Of a DNA stretch of 58,678 nucleotides, positions 18,750 to 27,951 are shown in pieces; the stretch's first letter is position 1; the number at the start of each line of letters is the position of its first letter. Below the pieces are notes generated by a model. The model was not told the DNA's origin, did no database searches, and saw nothing but the letters and a program-made list of their open reading frames with translations. A program made the position numbers and the translations under genes. The stretch is from Yoonia sp. (GTDB taxonomy: Archaea; Thermoplasmatota; Poseidoniia; Poseidoniales; Poseidoniaceae), in contig CAXRJJ010000049.1 of the NCBI GenBank assembly GCA_964230945.1, forward strand, positions 1-58,678, in the 5' to 3' direction.

Positions 18750-20185
18750 GGTTCCTCGTTTTTGCGGGCGTGATTCTGCTACTCATGGTTCCGGTTTCTG
18801 CTGCACAAGATTTCAGCCTTGATCACGACCCAAATGCAGGGGGATTCAAACGCGTTAGATTGACAATAGAATTCGTTTCGGTTCCGGATGAAGGACAACT
18901 CACCCTCATTGTCGATGGGCAGGACCATTCGCGTATTTTCCTCAGCGATGAATACAACGAATCACTACAACAACCATTGGCAGGTGAGTGGTATGATGAT
19001 TGCTGGACATCAAATGATTCGGGGGATACTTGGATACCGATATACAGAGATGATCGAGGAATGCCATGGGCGATTTTCACTTCAGGTGACAAGGCTGCTA
19101 TACGTTGTGATTTGACAGGATTTACAGTTGATGAAGAAGTTCCATTGACGGTTATTCTGAATGGTACAGAATCGTTTGAGCATACAATTACTGTCGTATC
19201 GAGTACGCAGGATGTACTTCCAGAACCTCCAAGCAGTGCCCCGATATTCTATGCCATCGGGAGCATAGTTCTCTCTTTGCTTGCCTTGTTCTCTTGGCTG
19301 CGCTGGAAAGATAGAGACCGCAGTCACCGTCATGGATTACTATTCGTTCTGCCAGCAGTTCTTGCTCTTGCGGTTCTGAGTTTCTATCCTGTAGCCTATG
19401 GAATGGTGCTTTCATTCACCGATGCCAAAGAAGAAGCTCTTGGTGATGAGGAGTTCAATGGAATAGACAACTTCGTTGAGGTATTCACTTCTGAAGGATT
19501 CCTCAGAGTTATGGTGTTCACTTTGGTTTGGACTGTACTCAATGTTTTCTTCCACGTAGGTTTAGGGGGAGCTTTGGCCTTACTTCTCAATCAAAAGATA
19601 AGAGGCAAGATGATGTATCGTACCATGTTACTGCTCCCTTGGGCTATTCCTTCGTACATCTCCGTCTTGGTATGGAAAGGAATGTTTCATCCAGAAGGAC
19701 TTGTCAATTGGTTCCTTGGCACTGAAACAGATTTCTTTTCTGGTGTCACTGAAGCACAGACCATGGTAATACTGGTCAATATCTGGCTAGGTGTTCCTTT
19801 CATGATGATGAGTATCAGTGGAGCTTTACAGTCAATTCCTGAAGATCTGCATGAGGCAGCAGAGGTAGAAGGGGTTGGAGAATGGTCTAGGCTTCGTCAC
19901 ATTACCTTGCCTTTACTCAAACCAACCGTAATGCCATTGGCTTTGATGGGTTTCATTTGGACATTCAACATGTTCAATGTCATTTACCTGCTTACTGCAG
20001 GTGGACCTAACCTATGGACTGGACCAGGTGGCACAGATATTCTAATCACTTACGTTTTCGATCTCGTCTATGAAGACGGGGCTTTGGGTTTGGCTGCTGC
20101 TTGGTCGTTCGTTATATTCCTCATACTGATGGCCTTCAGTTGGTCATTCGTCAAGGGTTCCAATGCTACGGAGGCGGCAACATGA
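18746..20185 (+). CDS. ABC sugar permease (MalF-like) with an extra N-terminal extracytoplasmic domain of about 150 aa
   Basis: EAA loop: EAAEVEGVGEWSRLRHITLPLLKP. Multiple TM helices are present. Its ATG overlaps the SBP stop (ATGA). The N-terminal signal-like helix MRFLVFAGVILLLMVPVSA is followed by a soluble segment before the first core TM. Confidence 0.85.
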   Translation: MRFLVFAGVILLLMVPVSAAQDFSLDHDPNAGGFKRVRLTIEFVSVPDEGQLTLIVDGQDHSRIFLSDEYNESLQQPLAGEWYDDCWTSNDSGDTWIPIYRDDRGMPWAIFTSGDKAAIRCDLTGFTVDEEVPLTVILNGTESFEHTITVVSSTQDVLPEPPSSAPIFYAIGSIVLSLLALFSWLRWKDRDRSHRHGLLFVLPAVLALAVLSFYPVAYGMVLSFTDAKEEALGDEEFNGIDNFVEVFTSEGFLRVMVFTLVWTVLNVFFHVGLGGALALLLNQKIRGKMMYRTMLLLPWAIPSYISVLVWKGMFHPEGLVNWFLGTETDFFSGVTEAQTMVILVNIWLGVPFMMMSISGALQSIPEDLHEAAEVEGVGEWSRLRHITLPLLKPTVMPLALMGFIWTFNMFNVIYLLTAGGPNLWTGPGGTDILITYVFDLVYEDGALGLAAAWSFVIFLILMAFSWSFVKGSNATEAAT

Positions 20186-21417
20186 GTGGAGATTTGGCCA
20201 GCAAATGGTATGTTCCATTTGAATTGGAAGTGCTTCGTAAATCAGCACTTTTGGTATCGGTGTGCAGTCTTCCCATGCTTTGGGTCATGTATCTCAGGGA
20301 TGCAGGTTTGGCATTGGTATTTCTTGGATTGTTGGCAGGCGTGGCCTCGATTTACACCCTTAATCGGGAGAATAGAGATTTGATGATGTCTTCATCTGCC
20401 TTGCAGTTATTGATTGGTGCACTAATTCTCTATCAGGCCTTAGAGTTCGGTGTTGCCGCAGTCGACATATGGTACTCCACAATCCTGTTGTGCAGTGGTG
20501 GATTTGGCTTGTTCAGTCTTTCATCACAGCGTTTGTCTAGTTGGTTAAATTCAACTTTATCCACCGATGATGCTGTGCTTGGACTTGCCCGAAATAGGAA
20601 ATTGAGCCCTCGTTGGTCGGCATTCCTCAGTCACTTCATCCTCCTTCATTTCGTTTTCATCGTCTTGGTCCCAATAATCTGGATGATCGATGTTGCTCTT
20701 TCACCCGGTCAATCAGCATCGAGTGGAATGGATATCTCTTCGTGGACCCTGAACCATTTTGCTTCGGTTCTAAACAAGAGTGACTTCTGGACGTGGGTTG
20801 GAAATTCTGTGGCGATATCCATTGGAACTACTCTGTTGGGATTGATGCTCGCAATTCCTGCTGGTTATGCATTCTCACGGCACCGCTTCACCGGACACGG
20901 AGCCATGATGTTCAGCCTACTTCTGGTGCAGATGTTCCCTGGCGTAATTATCCTAGTTCCTTACTTCATGGTCATGAAATCCTTGGGGTTACTGAATACC
21001 TGGCTAGGATTGATTCTTGCCTATTCAGTCACCGCTTTGCCGTTCTGTGTTTGGATGTTGAAAGGTTGGTTCGATACTGTTCCAGTCGACCTTGAGGAAG
21101 CTGCAGCACTCGATGGTTGTGGACAGTTTGGAATATTCTGGCGAATCATTCTACCTCTTTCATTGCCTGCAATCGCAGTAACTGCATTATTCTCTTTCCT
21201 TGCAGCATGGAACGAATTCTTGCTTGCTTTGATGTTCAATCAAAGTCCAGATATGTACACCTTACCGGTAGGTTTGGCATTCAGTATTACTCAGGCTCAG
21301 AAATGGGGAGATTTTGCAGCCATGTCGTTGTTGGTATCTCTTCCGGTAGTCATCCTTTTCATCATCTTCCAGAAGTCGCTGATTCAGGGACTATCATCTG
21401 GTGGAGTGAAAGGTTGA
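20182..21417 (+). CDS. ABC sugar permease (MalG-like) with an extra N-terminal multi-TM extension of about 170 aa
   Basis: EAA loop: EEAAALDGCGQFGIFWRIILPLSLP. ATG 20182 overlaps the upstream stop (ATGA), so the track start at 20101 is rejected. Confidence 0.85.
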   Translation: MSGDLASKWYVPFELEVLRKSALLVSVCSLPMLWVMYLRDAGLALVFLGLLAGVASIYTLNRENRDLMMSSSALQLLIGALILYQALEFGVAAVDIWYSTILLCSGGFGLFSLSSQRLSSWLNSTLSTDDAVLGLARNRKLSPRWSAFLSHFILLHFVFIVLVPIIWMIDVALSPGQSASSGMDISSWTLNHFASVLNKSDFWTWVGNSVAISIGTTLLGLMLAIPAGYAFSRHRFTGHGAMMFSLLLVQMFPGVIILVPYFMVMKSLGLLNTWLGLILAYSVTALPFCVWMLKGWFDTVPVDLEEAAALDGCGQFGIFWRIILPLSLPAIAVTALFSFLAAWNEFLLALMFNQSPDMYTLPVGLAFSITQAQKWGDFAAMSLLVSLPVVILFIIFQKSLIQGLSSGGVKG

Positions 21418-21430
21418 ATGGGGTGATGCA

Positions 21431-22501
21431 ATGGTTTCGGTGAAGTTTCAGGGAATCTCAAAAGTCTATGATGATGGCACAAGAGCAGTTGAAGGATTAA
21501 ATCTTGAAGTTGAGGAAGGAGAATTCTTGGTTTTGGTAGGGCCATCAGGTTGTGGTAAGTCGACCACTCTGAGGATGCTCGCTGGTTTGGAGGATATCAG
21601 TGAGGGCAAAATCATGATCGGTGACGCTGTAGTCAATGACTTACCTGCGCGCGCTCGAGGTTTAGGGATGGTTTTCCAATCATACGCACTATATCCACAC
21701 ATGAGTGTAGAGGATAATCTGACCTTTGGACTACGGATGAAACCTAAGGCCGAAAGGCCCCAGGCGGACGAACTCAAGGAGATGGTGCAGGATACCGCCA
21801 AGATGTTGGGAATCGAAGACATTCTTTCCAAGCGCCCTAGAGATCTTTCTGGTGGTCAAAGACAGAGAGTTGCTCTTGGAAGAGCCCTTATTCGTAGGCC
21901 CAAGGTGCTCTTGATGGACGAACCTTTGTCTAACCTTGACGCAAAGTTACGTAATCAGATGAGACTGGAATTGCGTAGATTGCACAATGAATTGGGAACC
22001 ACAACCATCTACGTGACCCATGACCAAGTCGAGGCTATGACTCTGGCTGACCGCATCGCTGTCATGAAGGATGGAGTATTGCAACAACATTGCCCTCCAC
22101 TCGAGGCGTATCATGAACCCGCCAATCCTTTTGTTGCCTCCTTTTTGGGAACTCCTCCGATGAATCTCATTGAAGGGCAGGCATCTGAGGGAGTATTCAC
22201 CAGTGGTAGCCTCAGTTTCTCTTTGCCAGACCATCTAAGTGATGTAGAGGGCGAAGGAGTGTTTGGAATCAGGCCAGAAAATGTTCAGATTCCTTCTGAT
22301 GACGGTTTGGAGGCATCACTGAATGGCATAGAACGTTTAGGTTCAGAAACCATATTCCACCTCGAGATTGAGGGTGTTGTCATCAAGGCGATATGGCACC
22401 AAAGTGGTAAGAATCGTCCTGAAGGGAACGATGCGCTTCCAGAGGGCAACTTCGGAGTCAGTCTGAATGATTCTTCAGCTATGTGGTTTACAAAGAAGTG
22501 A
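21431..22501 (+). CDS. ABC transporter ATP-binding protein (MalK/UgpC-like) with a C-terminal regulatory (TOBE-like) domain
   Basis: Walker A is GPSGCGKST, the signature is LSGGQRQRVALGRAL, and Walker B is LLMDEPLSNLD. Confidence 0.92.
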   Translation: MVSVKFQGISKVYDDGTRAVEGLNLEVEEGEFLVLVGPSGCGKSTTLRMLAGLEDISEGKIMIGDAVVNDLPARARGLGMVFQSYALYPHMSVEDNLTFGLRMKPKAERPQADELKEMVQDTAKMLGIEDILSKRPRDLSGGQRQRVALGRALIRRPKVLLMDEPLSNLDAKLRNQMRLELRRLHNELGTTTIYVTHDQVEAMTLADRIAVMKDGVLQQHCPPLEAYHEPANPFVASFLGTPPMNLIEGQASEGVFTSGSLSFSLPDHLSDVEGEGVFGIRPENVQIPSDDGLEASLNGIERLGSETIFHLEIEGVVIKAIWHQSGKNRPEGNDALPEGNFGVSLNDSSAMWFTKK

Positions 22502-22505
22502 TTCG

Positions 22506-24974
22506 ATGTTTCGAAAGAGTTGCCTGTTGTTGCTCCTCTTACTGGTTTCTATCCTTCCGGTTTCTTCCTTTGCAGATGAGACAGAGAATTTCTCTAGACA
22601 ACGTTCAACTTCAACCACTTTCAGTTATGTGGGAGATGCTACGGAAGTTATTCTTCGGGGAGAATGGGATTGGCCGATAGAGACTGCACTGACTGAGAAT
22701 TCGGGAATTTGGTCGGTGGACATGGATTTGGCAGCAGGAATGTATTGCTACAAGTTCGTTGTCGATGGCGAATGGATTCTGGATCCTGAAAATACTGAAA
22801 CTACATGGTGCGATGGTTTTGAGAATTCCTTGGTTAGGGTTGCTAACCACTCCTTGCCCTTGTTGAGTTTGTCTTCATTCGCCGTACAAGATGGAGAACT
22901 ACAAGCGTTGATTGAGTTTTCATCTTCTTCAGATGCCGATGCCCCTGTATTGGTTGAAGCGGAATTGGAAATAGGTCAGGGCGATTTACAGACGACATGG
23001 TTTGAGCAAAACTGGAGTCTGCATATATCTGCATCAGGCTTGATGGAGGGTAAGTATCGAATCAGGGTGAGTGCAAGCGATACTTCCGGAGTAGATGCCG
23101 AAGATATCCTTCTGTCATTTTGGGTTGAGGACAATGCATTCCAGTGGGATGATTCTTTGATTTACATGGTGATGACCGACCGTTTCGTCAATGGTAATTC
23201 CTCCAATGATCCACTTCCATTGGAGGGAGCGGCCAACGGTGGAGATTGGTTAGGTGGAGATTTGGAAGGAGTGATTTCACGTTTGGATGAAATCGAGGAA
23301 CTGGGTTTCAATACCATTTGGTTGAGTCCATTCAATCAAGGTCCTGATGGTTTGGAATATGCTGCTGATGGAGTACATCAAGTAGCAGGATACCACGGCT
23401 ATTGGCCGGTTGAACCGCGTTCTATCGATAGTCGACTTGGAGATGAGTGGCATCTTGAAAATCTAATTTCACAAGCACATGAACGCGGAATCAGAGTCAT
23501 GGCTGATATGGTGATTAATCACGTGCATGAAGACCATCCATACTATTCTGAACATCCCGATTGGTTCAGCGATGGTTGTATCTGTGGTTCTTCGGCTTGC
23601 GACTGGACTGAGCGCCGTTTAGACTGTCTATTCATGCCTTACATGCCAGATGTAGATTGGCGAAATAGAAATGCCAGCGAGCAATTCATCGAGGATATCA
23701 TCTGGTGGGTAGAGAGATTTGACTTGGACGCTCTACGTCTCGATGCCGTCAAACATGTAGATGATAATGCCATCAATAACATCGCTGCTAGGTTGTCGGA
23801 GCGGTTCGAGTTGACAGGAACCAGTCTTTATCTCAAAGGCGAGACAGCAATGGGTTGGTCAGGAGATAACATCGAGGACAATTTGGAGCAGTATCAGACA
23901 ATCAATCGATACATGGGTGATGGTGGCTTAGGTGGTCAAGCGGATTTCGTGCTCTACCATGCGGTTGTGGACAATGTTCTGAGTAGCGGGAACATGGGTT
24001 TGGTACATTTGGATCATTGGACATGGCAGAGTACTCAACAATACTCCGAGGGTGCAGTCATGGTTCCATATGTCGGAAGTCACGATGTGCCACGTTTCAT
24101 CAGCAGGGCAGACCCTGACTCTACTGGAACTTGGAATCAATGGGATAATCTTCCGGGAGAAGTGAGTAATTCTCTCGCTTACGAGAGATGGCATCTGGCT
24201 ATGGCTTGGCTGTTGACTATTCCTGGCGCCCCAATGATCTATGCAGGTGATGAATTCGCTATGCCAGGTGGTGCCGACCCTGATAACAGGAGGATGTTTT
24301 CTGCTTCTGGAGATTTAGATGAATGGGTAGGCCAATTGGCACAGGCTAGAATGGAACATGAACCGCTACGAAGAGGAGAATATGTTCAATTGGAGGCAGA
24401 GGAGGATGTCATGGCTTTTGCACGTCAAACAGAATCTGAACATGTCGTAGTAGTACTCAGCACAGGAGGAGATGTGTTGGATCTATCAGCACATACGTGG
24501 TTAGGAGATATGCAGGACATACTCGGTAATGCTACATTGAACGACGGAATCATGCGGTTGAATGGTCAACGTTCCGCTATTTTCGTTATCGAATCAGATG
24601 GAACAGAACTGAACCAGTCTAATCCAGATGACAACAATAGTGGTCAAGGAAACAATGCTACTGGAAACAGCACAGTTGAGGATAATGGCTCGGATGCAAA
24701 CAATACCGTAGACGGCAATACCTCTGCAAATGAAACGAATTGTCCATTGAGCGACTGCCCAGTCTGTTCAACCGGTAGAGAATCTTACACGTATACAGAT
24801 GAACAGGGATGCGATATCTGTGCGTGTCGAGATATTGACGCAGAGGAAGAGGTCGACAAGATGTCTTCAGGAGATTCTGTCTATGGATACATGCGTTGGA
24901 TATTGCTGTCTGGAATAATTTTGGTAGTTGCAGCAATATTCATTCTTGGTCGTGATGAACAGCAACCGGAGTGA
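22506..24974 (+). CDS. Secreted, C-terminally TM-anchored GH13 alpha-amylase family enzyme with an N-terminal CBM48/E-set-like domain
   Basis: Signal peptide MFRKSCLLLLLLLVSILPVSSFA. CBM-like YCYKFVVDGEWILDPEN. GH13 regions are ADMVINHV, ALRLDAVKHV, YLKGETAMGW and YVGSHDVPRF. It has an Asn-rich stalk, a 6-Cys mini-domain and the TM helix WILLSGIILVVAAIFIL. Confidence 0.88.
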   Translation: MFRKSCLLLLLLLVSILPVSSFADETENFSRQRSTSTTFSYVGDATEVILRGEWDWPIETALTENSGIWSVDMDLAAGMYCYKFVVDGEWILDPENTETTWCDGFENSLVRVANHSLPLLSLSSFAVQDGELQALIEFSSSSDADAPVLVEAELEIGQGDLQTTWFEQNWSLHISASGLMEGKYRIRVSASDTSGVDAEDILLSFWVEDNAFQWDDSLIYMVMTDRFVNGNSSNDPLPLEGAANGGDWLGGDLEGVISRLDEIEELGFNTIWLSPFNQGPDGLEYAADGVHQVAGYHGYWPVEPRSIDSRLGDEWHLENLISQAHERGIRVMADMVINHVHEDHPYYSEHPDWFSDGCICGSSACDWTERRLDCLFMPYMPDVDWRNRNASEQFIEDIIWWVERFDLDALRLDAVKHVDDNAINNIAARLSERFELTGTSLYLKGETAMGWSGDNIEDNLEQYQTINRYMGDGGLGGQADFVLYHAVVDNVLSSGNMGLVHLDHWTWQSTQQYSEGAVMVPYVGSHDVPRFISRADPDSTGTWNQWDNLPGEVSNSLAYERWHLAMAWLLTIPGAPMIYAGDEFAMPGGADPDNRRMFSASGDLDEWVGQLAQARMEHEPLRRGEYVQLEAEEDVMAFARQTESEHVVVVLSTGGDVLDLSAHTWLGDMQDILGNATLNDGIMRLNGQRSAIFVIESDGTELNQSNPDDNNSGQGNNATGNSTVEDNGSDANNTVDGNTSANETNCPLSDCPVCSTGRESYTYTDEQGCDICACRDIDAEEEVDKMSSGDSVYGYMRWILLSGIILVVAAIFILGRDEQQPE

Positions 24975-26598
24975 AACCTTCGTAGATTCTCTGATAATCT
25001 TCGATCATTCTAGCAGCTGTGAATCTTGCTCCAGTCTTGATCGCAGCGCGAGATATGGCGGCCCATCGCAATCCACCTTCTTGCCAGATTGGTAGAATCT
25101 CATGTTCGATACTGTCCAACAGGTTTCGATTGTCTCGCTCATCATTTCTTTCGTCATCATTACCACCAACCGCCCAGCCATTGATTCCATTTTCGCATGC
25201 TTCAGGCCACCATCCATCCATGATCGAGCAGTTGGGACCACCATTCATTACTGCCTTCATGCCACTTGTTCCACTGGCTTCCATGGGCCTTACAGGATTG
25301 TTCATCCACACATCGACTCCACTGGTCATCGCCGCCCCAGTCGCCATGGAATAGTCTTCAATGAAGACCACAGGGATATCATCTTCCAATTGCTTAGCAG
25401 CCTCGAAGATCTTGCGAATCAACTCCTTGCCTCCTTCATCTCGCGGATGGGCTTTACCAGAGAAGACAAACTGTATCTTGCCCGCACCAAAACGTCGCAG
25501 TCTCTCAAGGTCCCTGAATACCAAGTCCGCTCTCTTGTAGGTAGCGAATCTGCGTGCGAAACCGATGGTCAGCCTATCTTCTTCGAGTTCCACGCCGGTG
25601 GTTGAACGAACTATGTCGAACAAGACTCTTCTTGCCTTGGAGCGTGCTTGAGCAAGAGTCTCATTTTGTAACCTGCCTGCATGCGACAAGAGCAATGGGT
25701 CCTTTCTCCAGCCCGGAATTTCAGAGTCATAGAGTTCTGCCATAATTGGAGATATCCAAGTAATATGATGCGCTCCGTTGGTAATTGGTTCGATATGATA
25801 TCCTGCAAACATCTGGCTCGCAACTTCGGCATTTAGGTTTGATACGGCATTTGCCTTGCCACACAAGGAGATTGCCAAATGGCTCATCGAAGCACTTTCT
25901 TCTCCAGCCAATTCACGCGCATCATCTGGAAGTAGTTCACCAAGCACGCTTTCCATTTCTTGCCACGAGAATCTGTCATGTCCTGCGGGAACTGGGGTGT
26001 GGGTAGTGAATAGGCTCTGGGTCTTGAGTTGTTTGCGACTCCAACCTTGGCGCAACAATTCCAACGCCGCAAAGGCGCAATGTCCTTCGTTCAGATGTAC
26101 TCCTTTCAGTGGCCATACTCCAAGTGCCTTGAGGGCCCTTATTCCACCAACTCCAAGCAGATATTCTTGCCTTATTCTTGTCGAGTCATCACCGCCATAG
26201 AGACGTTCTCCTAAAGCGACGTGTTCGCTTGAGTTCTTGGGGTGCAAGGTGTCGAGGAACAATACGTCCACCGATGAACCTGAAACTCCAGAGACCCTGC
26301 GTTTCCAAATACGCGAAAATAAGGTTCTACCTTCCAGTGGCAAGGCGATTTCGATACCTGTGTCATCAAGAAATTCAGCGGGATCGAATTCGGGGTAGGT
26401 CTCACTCTGAATCCCTTGCGAATCCACATGTTGCCTTCCATATCCTTGTCTGTATAGTAGGCTAATTGCAATGAGGTCAAGTCCAGCATCAGCCGCCGCC
26501 TTGACATGGTCACCAGCGAGGACTCCAAGTCCCCCTGAATAGGTTGGAAGAGAGGATTCAAGTCCTATCTCTGCTGACAGGTATGCTATGGTCCCCAT
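24940..26598 (-). CDS. glgP: Alpha-glucan (maltodextrin/glycogen) phosphorylase, GT35, short archaeal/bacterial type
   Basis: N-terminal IAYLSAEIGL...YSGGLGVLAGDHVKAAAD and the PLP-Lys motif EASGTSGMKAVMNG. Start re-picked to ATG 26598 (the track uses GTG 26607). Its 3' end overlaps the convergent GH13 gene by 35 nt. Confidence 0.88.
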   Translation of the reverse strand: MGTIAYLSAEIGLESSLPTYSGGLGVLAGDHVKAAADAGLDLIAISLLYRQGYGRQHVDSQGIQSETYPEFDPAEFLDDTGIEIALPLEGRTLFSRIWKRRVSGVSGSSVDVLFLDTLHPKNSSEHVALGERLYGGDDSTRIRQEYLLGVGGIRALKALGVWPLKGVHLNEGHCAFAALELLRQGWSRKQLKTQSLFTTHTPVPAGHDRFSWQEMESVLGELLPDDARELAGEESASMSHLAISLCGKANAVSNLNAEVASQMFAGYHIEPITNGAHHITWISPIMAELYDSEIPGWRKDPLLLSHAGRLQNETLAQARSKARRVLFDIVRSTTGVELEEDRLTIGFARRFATYKRADLVFRDLERLRRFGAGKIQFVFSGKAHPRDEGGKELIRKIFEAAKQLEDDIPVVFIEDYSMATGAAMTSGVDVWMNNPVRPMEASGTSGMKAVMNGGPNCSIMDGWWPEACENGINGWAVGGNDDERNDERDNRNLLDSIEHEILPIWQEGGLRWAAISRAAIKTGARFTAARMIEDYQRIYEGFTPVAVHHDQE

Positions 26599-26621
26599 GC
26601 TTCGCACCCTTGTTGAACGAG

Positions 26622-27899
26622 TTATGATGTTGACTCCTTGCGCTTCAGTGTGAACTCCGGCAATTCATCCCATGTGAATTTCCAATTCCAGTTTCCATAT
26701 TCGGTCCCTGGCATATTCATTCTTGCATCACTTCCCAGTTCCATGATGTCCTGTAGTGGAATGATTGCCATACCCGCTTCTGATTGCAGCGCTAGCCGAA
26801 TCAGACACTGAGGTATCGATTCTCCTTCGATTCGATATCTTTCAAGTCGTTTCTTCGTTTGCGGAGGAGCGTTGTTCCACCATCCATTTGTGGTATCATT
26901 GTCGTGCGTTCCTGTGTATACCACTTTGTCGTATGTTATGTTCTCAGGTCGGTGTGGATTGTCTGCGTTATCGTTATCAAAGCCGAAATGGAGCACCGCC
27001 ATACCTTCCAATCCATGCCTCTTTCGTAATTCATCCACTTCTGCAGGAATGATCCCTAGGTCCTCGGCAAGGATGTGTTCAGGGCTACCAGCAACATCGA
27101 GTAACTGTTCGAGCAAGGCATCTTTCGGTCCATCTTGCCATACTCCTGATCTGGCAGTTTTGCAATCACTTGGGATTGCCCAGGCTGAATGGAATCCTCT
27201 GAAATGGTCAATTCTTACCATGTCGAATAGCCGTAGCATCCTCTCCATCCGCTGCCTCCACCATCGCCACTCTTCTGCCTCATGAGATTTCCAGTCATAG
27301 AGTACCATGCCCCAACGTTGGCCATCTTCATTGAAGTAATCTGGCGGAACTCCGGCAACGACAGTTGGCTTTCCGCTCTCGTCGAGTTGGAACAATTCTC
27401 TGTGCGCCCAGACATCAGCTGAATCATGGGCTATGAATATGGGTAAGTCACCTATGAGGGCGACACCCCTACTCTTTGCATGTGCCCTAATCTGCATCCA
27501 TCGATGCATGAACCTCTTCTGTTCATCGATGACAGTGGAAATTGAATAGCGCGATAGGGCCTTGGCATCCCTGTTCTTCAATTCATCAGGCCATTCAAAC
27601 CACGGCTTGCCACCTTGTTCTTGTTTGATGACTCGATACAATGCCCAATCCTTTAGCCAAAATGATTCAGCCGAGATGTCGAATTCTACCTCTTTCGAAT
27701 CCTCGACCCATCTATCCCATGCTGCAAATGCGGAAGGGGAGGAGTAAGGAGAGCCGTGTTCATCTGGAGGAGTAATTGGTAGCATTTGCCAGACGCTCGC
27801 TTGCGAATCTGCAATCACATCGATGAACCGTTCAGCATCTGCGAGATTTCCAGAAGGAAGTGACGTAAGGTGGCACAAGATTCCGGAGTAGTGCGCCAT
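26622..27899 (-). CDS. malQ: 4-alpha-glucanotransferase (amylomaltase, GH77)
   Basis: Motifs seen: GILCHLTSLPS, IGDLPIFIAHDSADVW, VRIDHFRGF, LAEDLG, YTGTHDNDT. Confidence 0.9.
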   Translation of the reverse strand: MAHYSGILCHLTSLPSGNLADAERFIDVIADSQASVWQMLPITPPDEHGSPYSSPSAFAAWDRWVEDSKEVEFDISAESFWLKDWALYRVIKQEQGGKPWFEWPDELKNRDAKALSRYSISTVIDEQKRFMHRWMQIRAHAKSRGVALIGDLPIFIAHDSADVWAHRELFQLDESGKPTVVAGVPPDYFNEDGQRWGMVLYDWKSHEAEEWRWWRQRMERMLRLFDMVRIDHFRGFHSAWAIPSDCKTARSGVWQDGPKDALLEQLLDVAGSPEHILAEDLGIIPAEVDELRKRHGLEGMAVLHFGFDNDNADNPHRPENITYDKVVYTGTHDNDTTNGWWNNAPPQTKKRLERYRIEGESIPQCLIRLALQSEAGMAIIPLQDIMELGSDARMNMPGTEYGNWNWKFTWDELPEFTLKRKESTS

Positions 27900-27951
27900 G
27901 TCAACCCGAACTGCCGAAAACCTTTGACAACATCATCCCTTCGCGGGGCTT

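Noticed and set aside
20101-20181. Track-suggested upstream non-ATG (TTG/GTG) starts that create long overlaps. Examples are MalG-like at 20101, GH13 at 22467, SBP at 17418, aroE at 44584, fhs at 41839, gatD at 51373 and cinA at 34714.
   Set aside because: In each case a downstream ATG gives a canonical family N-terminus or signal peptide and removes or minimises the overlap (for example the ATGA coupling at 20182).
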